A stretch of 64,000 nucleotides of DNA, taken from NCBI GenBank assembly GCA_963763355.1, contig CAVXOI010000004.1, positions 123,514-187,513 of the forward strand, in the 5' to 3' direction. Source of the DNA: an uncultured Acidobacteriota bacterium (GTDB lineage: Bacteria > Acidobacteriota > Blastocatellia > Pyrinomonadales > Pyrinomonadaceae). The notes under the pieces were generated by a model. The model was not told the origin of the DNA, made no database searches, and saw only the letters and a list, made by a program, of their open reading frames with translations. Shown piece after piece: positions 61,188 to 64,000 of this stretch; the stretch's first letter is position 1; each line of letters begins with the position of its first letter. A program made the position numbers and the translations under genes.

Positions 61188-62111
61188 TCATAGAAGTCCC
61201 AAACTCTGCAGGTCTTCCACCGGTTCCGTGAATGAGCATGATCCGAACGAGATCATGCCTTTTCGGCGGAGGAAATCGAGGTTGGCGGCGGTCAGGATGT
61301 GTTCGTTGCGCCAGAGGACCGAATCGTTCTGGAACGCAAATGCCTCGTCAAACTCCTCTTCCATCAGCTCTTCCAGCAGGGCCACGCGGTAGCTTTCACG
61401 CGCAAAGGCGGTCATCAGCAGGACGTTCAAAAAGCCGTGCATTGTCCCTTGCGGCGCGTTTGCGGCGTAGGTTAGCGGGCGAAAACAGCGGATCGGGTGG
61501 TGCAGGCCGGCTGTTGCCTTGAACGGCACGTTCGCGGCCATGCACGTGCGGACAAAGCGTACGACGTCACGAGTCGGCGGAAATTCTTCCCGTGTCGTTC
61601 CGCCTGTTCGCAATTTTGCACGCTGTCCCTTAATGGAAAGCATCGCCACGAGCTCGGCAAAATTCTCGCCGGTCGAGATCTCAAAAAAGGCCGTTAGATC
61701 CTCGGGCAATGCAGCGACGGTGTTCTCGATCTTAGAAACCGTATTCGCCTTTACTTCCAGCGAATCGCAAACCGCTCGGCCTGCGTTTTCGGAGTTAAAG
61801 ATCTTTATATCTCGAAGCGTCTGAGTAATGTCCTCGCCTGCGAGCACGCTCAGCCGAAACGGATCGCCGTCAATCAAATGACCATCGGCGGCCTCGAGAA
61901 ACTCATTGAGCCGGGCCGCGGGCAGGACGAACCGCCCCAGCATCCATCCGTGCTCGCTACGACGGTACGACGCAAAATTTTCGACAGCCTCATTCATCGT
62001 CACCATCGACGGCGGAAAAAGGCCGGCGTAATCGACGATATCTGCTAACAGCGTGCGGACAGATTGTTTAGGCGGCGGGGCCACGGCTTGAATACTCATT
62101 TTATTCGTCAT
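61188..62111 (-). CDS. conserved-looking hypothetical protein (307 aa)
   Basis: Intact ORF, start taken at MTNKMSIQ. Blocks such as AKLRTGGTTREEFPP and FKATAGLHHPIR look enzyme-like, but I cannot name a family. Confidence 0.5.
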   Translation of the reverse strand: MTNKMSIQAVAPPPKQSVRTLLADIVDYAGLFPPSMVTMNEAVENFASYRRSEHGWMLGRFVLPAARLNEFLEAADGHLIDGDPFRLSVLAGEDITQTLRDIKIFNSENAGRAVCDSLEVKANTVSKIENTVAALPEDLTAFFEISTGENFAELVAMLSIKGQRAKLRTGGTTREEFPPTRDVVRFVRTCMAANVPFKATAGLHHPIRCFRPLTYAANAPQGTMHGFLNVLLMTAFARESYRVALLEELMEEEFDEAFAFQNDSVLWRNEHILTAANLDFLRRKGMISFGSCSFTEPVEDLQSLGLL

Positions 62112-62171
62112 GGGGGAACCGAGTATCCTGAAATCATAAGATTTATTCCGGCGTTTTACAACTGACTTCGA

Positions 62172-62259
62172 ATGCGGAGGCCCGCGCGTCAGCAAGGGCG
62201 ATATACGAACCTAGAGTAATTCGCCGGTGCCACGCGCACGGGCTTGGGCTGAGTTGCAT
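62172..62259. repeat. palindromic element, family REP-2 (second, more degenerate copy)
   Basis: atgcggaggcccgcgcgtcagcaagggcgatat... ...ccacgcgcacgggcttgggctgagttgcat. Compare 7085-7164. Confidence 0.6.
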
Positions 62260-62314
62260 TTAGCGGAAAAGTTAGGCTATCTTGTCACTATTCGGCTCCC
62301 GGAAATGTTATGAA

Positions 62315-62824
62315 ATGAGAGTTTTGGGTATCGACCCCGGCAGTGAAACGCTCGGTTGGGGTGTTGTCGACGGCAGCGGCAGCAAATACTCGCTTGTCGA
62401 ATTCGGCACGGTCCGCTCGAACCCCCGTCATGCGTTTTCGAAACGGCTGGCCCGAATTTTTGCCGAGGTCGATGAGATCGCGGAGCGTTTCAAGCCGGAT
62501 GCTTTTGCCATCGAAGAGGCCTTTTATTCCGTAAACGTAAACGTCGCGATGAAGCTCGGGCAAGTCCGCGGCGTGATGCTCCTGCTGGCGGAACAGCGGG
62601 GCCTGGACATCGCCGAGTACGCCCCGCGTTTGATAAAGAAAACCGTGGTCGGATACGGCAACGCCGAAAAACACCAGGTCGGCGAAATGGTCCGGCTGCT
62701 ATTGAATTTAAAGGCCGCGCCTACGCCGCACGACGCCGCGGACGCCCTAGCCATCGCGATCTGCCATTTTCACCATCACGGTTTGAGCGACCGGATCGGC
62801 AAAGCGATGCGAGGTGCGAAGTGA
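62315..62824 (+). CDS. ruvC: crossover junction endodeoxyribonuclease
   Basis: MRVLGIDPGSETLGWGVV, FAIEEAFY and PHDAADALAIAICH. Confidence 0.9.
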   Translation: MRVLGIDPGSETLGWGVVDGSGSKYSLVEFGTVRSNPRHAFSKRLARIFAEVDEIAERFKPDAFAIEEAFYSVNVNVAMKLGQVRGVMLLLAEQRGLDIAEYAPRLIKKTVVGYGNAEKHQVGEMVRLLLNLKAAPTPHDAADALAIAICHFHHHGLSDRIGKAMRGAK

Positions 62825-62880
62825 AGATCCGTCCCTCCACCTAAGGCGGGGCAATTATGAAGCTGTGAGTTTAGACGGCA

Positions 62881-63657
62881 ATGAAATTCTCACACAAAAT
62901 CGTAGCCTTGATCTTGTTTACATTCGTCTTCGCTTCTGAATCCGAAGCTCAGAGACGAGCGCGGCCTACAGCCTCAAAGTACGCCGCTCCCGCGAAACCG
63001 AAAGAAATAGGCAGTACCGCGGTAGTTTTAGATGAGACCTTGTCCGTCCTCCGTGTGAAACCAAGCCTGTTTGCCGATTCGGTTCAGCGGATGCGTCGGG
63101 GGAGAACGGTAAAGATACTCGGCGTCACCGAGGCTGACGGCGTCAGGTTTTATCGGGTCTCGGCCCCGCCGAATAATACGGGCTGGGTGCAGGCGGACGC
63201 GTTGTTTGGCAGGTTTCGCGAGACTGATGACGACAGGCTTGCCCGCCTGGTGAGGGCGTCGAACGGTTTCGATCAGATCGAGCTGGCCGTTGCCTTTTCC
63301 GAGGTTTTTCCGGCTTCGAAACAGCGTCCGGGCGTCCTGTTGCTTCTGGGCGACTTGCTCGAAGACGCGGCTACGAAGCTTTCAAAGGATGCGGGATCGC
63401 GGCTCGACCGTCGTGAGATGGCAGCTTCAGCTGCGCCGATGCACAGCTATTACCTGAATTTCAACATGCTTGACCGCTACCGTAAACTCGGCATAATTTT
63501 TCTCTTCAATCCCAACACCCGGCAATACCATTACGAGGGTGCCTGCTGGCGCGAGCTTACGGCTAAGTTTCCCGACGCGGCCGAGGCTGTCGAGGCCCGC
63601 AATCGAATCGATTCGCTGAAGAACAAGATGGAACGTGGAACGGCGGCGATACCGTAA
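62881..63657 (+). CDS. secreted hypothetical protein (possible SH3-like N-terminal domain)
   Basis: Signal MKFSHKIVALILFTFVFASESEAQ and VKILGVTEADGVRFYRVSAPPNNTGWVQADALF. Confidence 0.5.
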   Translation: MKFSHKIVALILFTFVFASESEAQRRARPTASKYAAPAKPKEIGSTAVVLDETLSVLRVKPSLFADSVQRMRRGRTVKILGVTEADGVRFYRVSAPPNNTGWVQADALFGRFRETDDDRLARLVRASNGFDQIELAVAFSEVFPASKQRPGVLLLLGDLLEDAATKLSKDAGSRLDRREMAASAAPMHSYYLNFNMLDRYRKLGIIFLFNPNTRQYHYEGACWRELTAKFPDAAEAVEARNRIDSLKNKMERGTAAIP

Positions 63658-63786
63658 GCTTTCCTTTTTTCCTCTTATTCCTCTTATTCCGCTACCTCGG
63701 TGGTCAAGTCGGACCCAACCGCAGACTAAGAGGAGAAGAGAACGGCACGCGCCGGATGAAGCTCCCGGTGCTCAATACTACTGATT

Positions 63787-64000
63787 TTAACGTTCTATTA
63801 TGCACGACACCTCTGCTGCGATCCGTGCGTTGTTCTCAAGCAGGGCAATATTTGCGGCCAGGGTCCGCCCTTCGCTGATCTCGGACATCTGAGAAAGTAA
63901 GAAGGGAGTTATCTCTTTTCCGCTGATAGATCTTTCATTCGCAAGACGCAGAGCGTTTTTCAGCATTTCCTCAACCTCGCTCGAGTCCAGGGCGGCGGCT
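63787..64000 (-). CDS. psuG: pseudouridine-5'-phosphate glycosidase, C-terminal fragment (gene continues beyond the window)
   Basis: Minus-strand frame ...EMLKNALRLANERSISGKEITPFLLSQMSEISEGRTLAANIALLENNARIAAEVSCIIER*. It is not in the ORF track because it is truncated. Confidence 0.55.
   Translation of the reverse strand, partial: AAALDSSEVEEMLKNALRLANERSISGKEITPFLLSQMSEISEGRTLAANIALLENNARIAAEVSCIIER

Overview
GC-rich, gene-dense chromosomal segment with about 62 protein genes and one tmRNA. I saw no rRNA, tRNA or CRISPR array. Gene content (YVTN beta-propeller and CarboxypepD_reg proteins, a choice-of-anchor-Q beta-helix protein, CadC-like membrane regulators) suggests an Acidobacteriota-like soil bacterium, but that is inference only. 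Most genes are housekeeping: trpG/pabA, lpxK, lpxI, truA, lipA, def, trmB, rsmI, rph, murI, ruvC, purF, fabG, glpX, ppsA, fcl and psuG. There is also one vapBC toxin-antitoxin pair, a protein-thiocarboxylate sulfur-carrier cluster (cysM-like, metY-like, JAMM, ThiS/MoaD-like, E1-rhodanese) and an fdhD / molybdopterin oxidoreductase / mobA operon. Main caveat: at least 28 genes read as their family only after one or more frame changes. This looks like indel error or a collapsed strain mixture rather than old pseudogenes, so many coordinates are whole-gene spans joined from several ORF pieces. I found no convincing new multi-gene (for example defence-type) system. The most unusual signals are: (1) a frame-broken REP-associated tyrosine transposase (RAYT) bracketed by inverted 31-nt REPs, with 84-nt REP doublets (REPINs) elsewhere, one lying open in-frame inside the molybdoenzyme CDS; (2) a second palindromic element family; (3) locus-specific hairpins just after gene 3' ends, with arms built from stuttered ~8-10-nt words, two sharing an identical 20-mer that supplies stop codons; (4) twin 21-bp palindromes 106 bp apart upstream of ppsA; (5) leader terminators ahead of the metY-like and cysM-like genes; (6) a ThiS-like ORF that does not stop after its Gly-Gly. 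No database search, folding or alignment program was run. All family calls rest on motifs read by eye.
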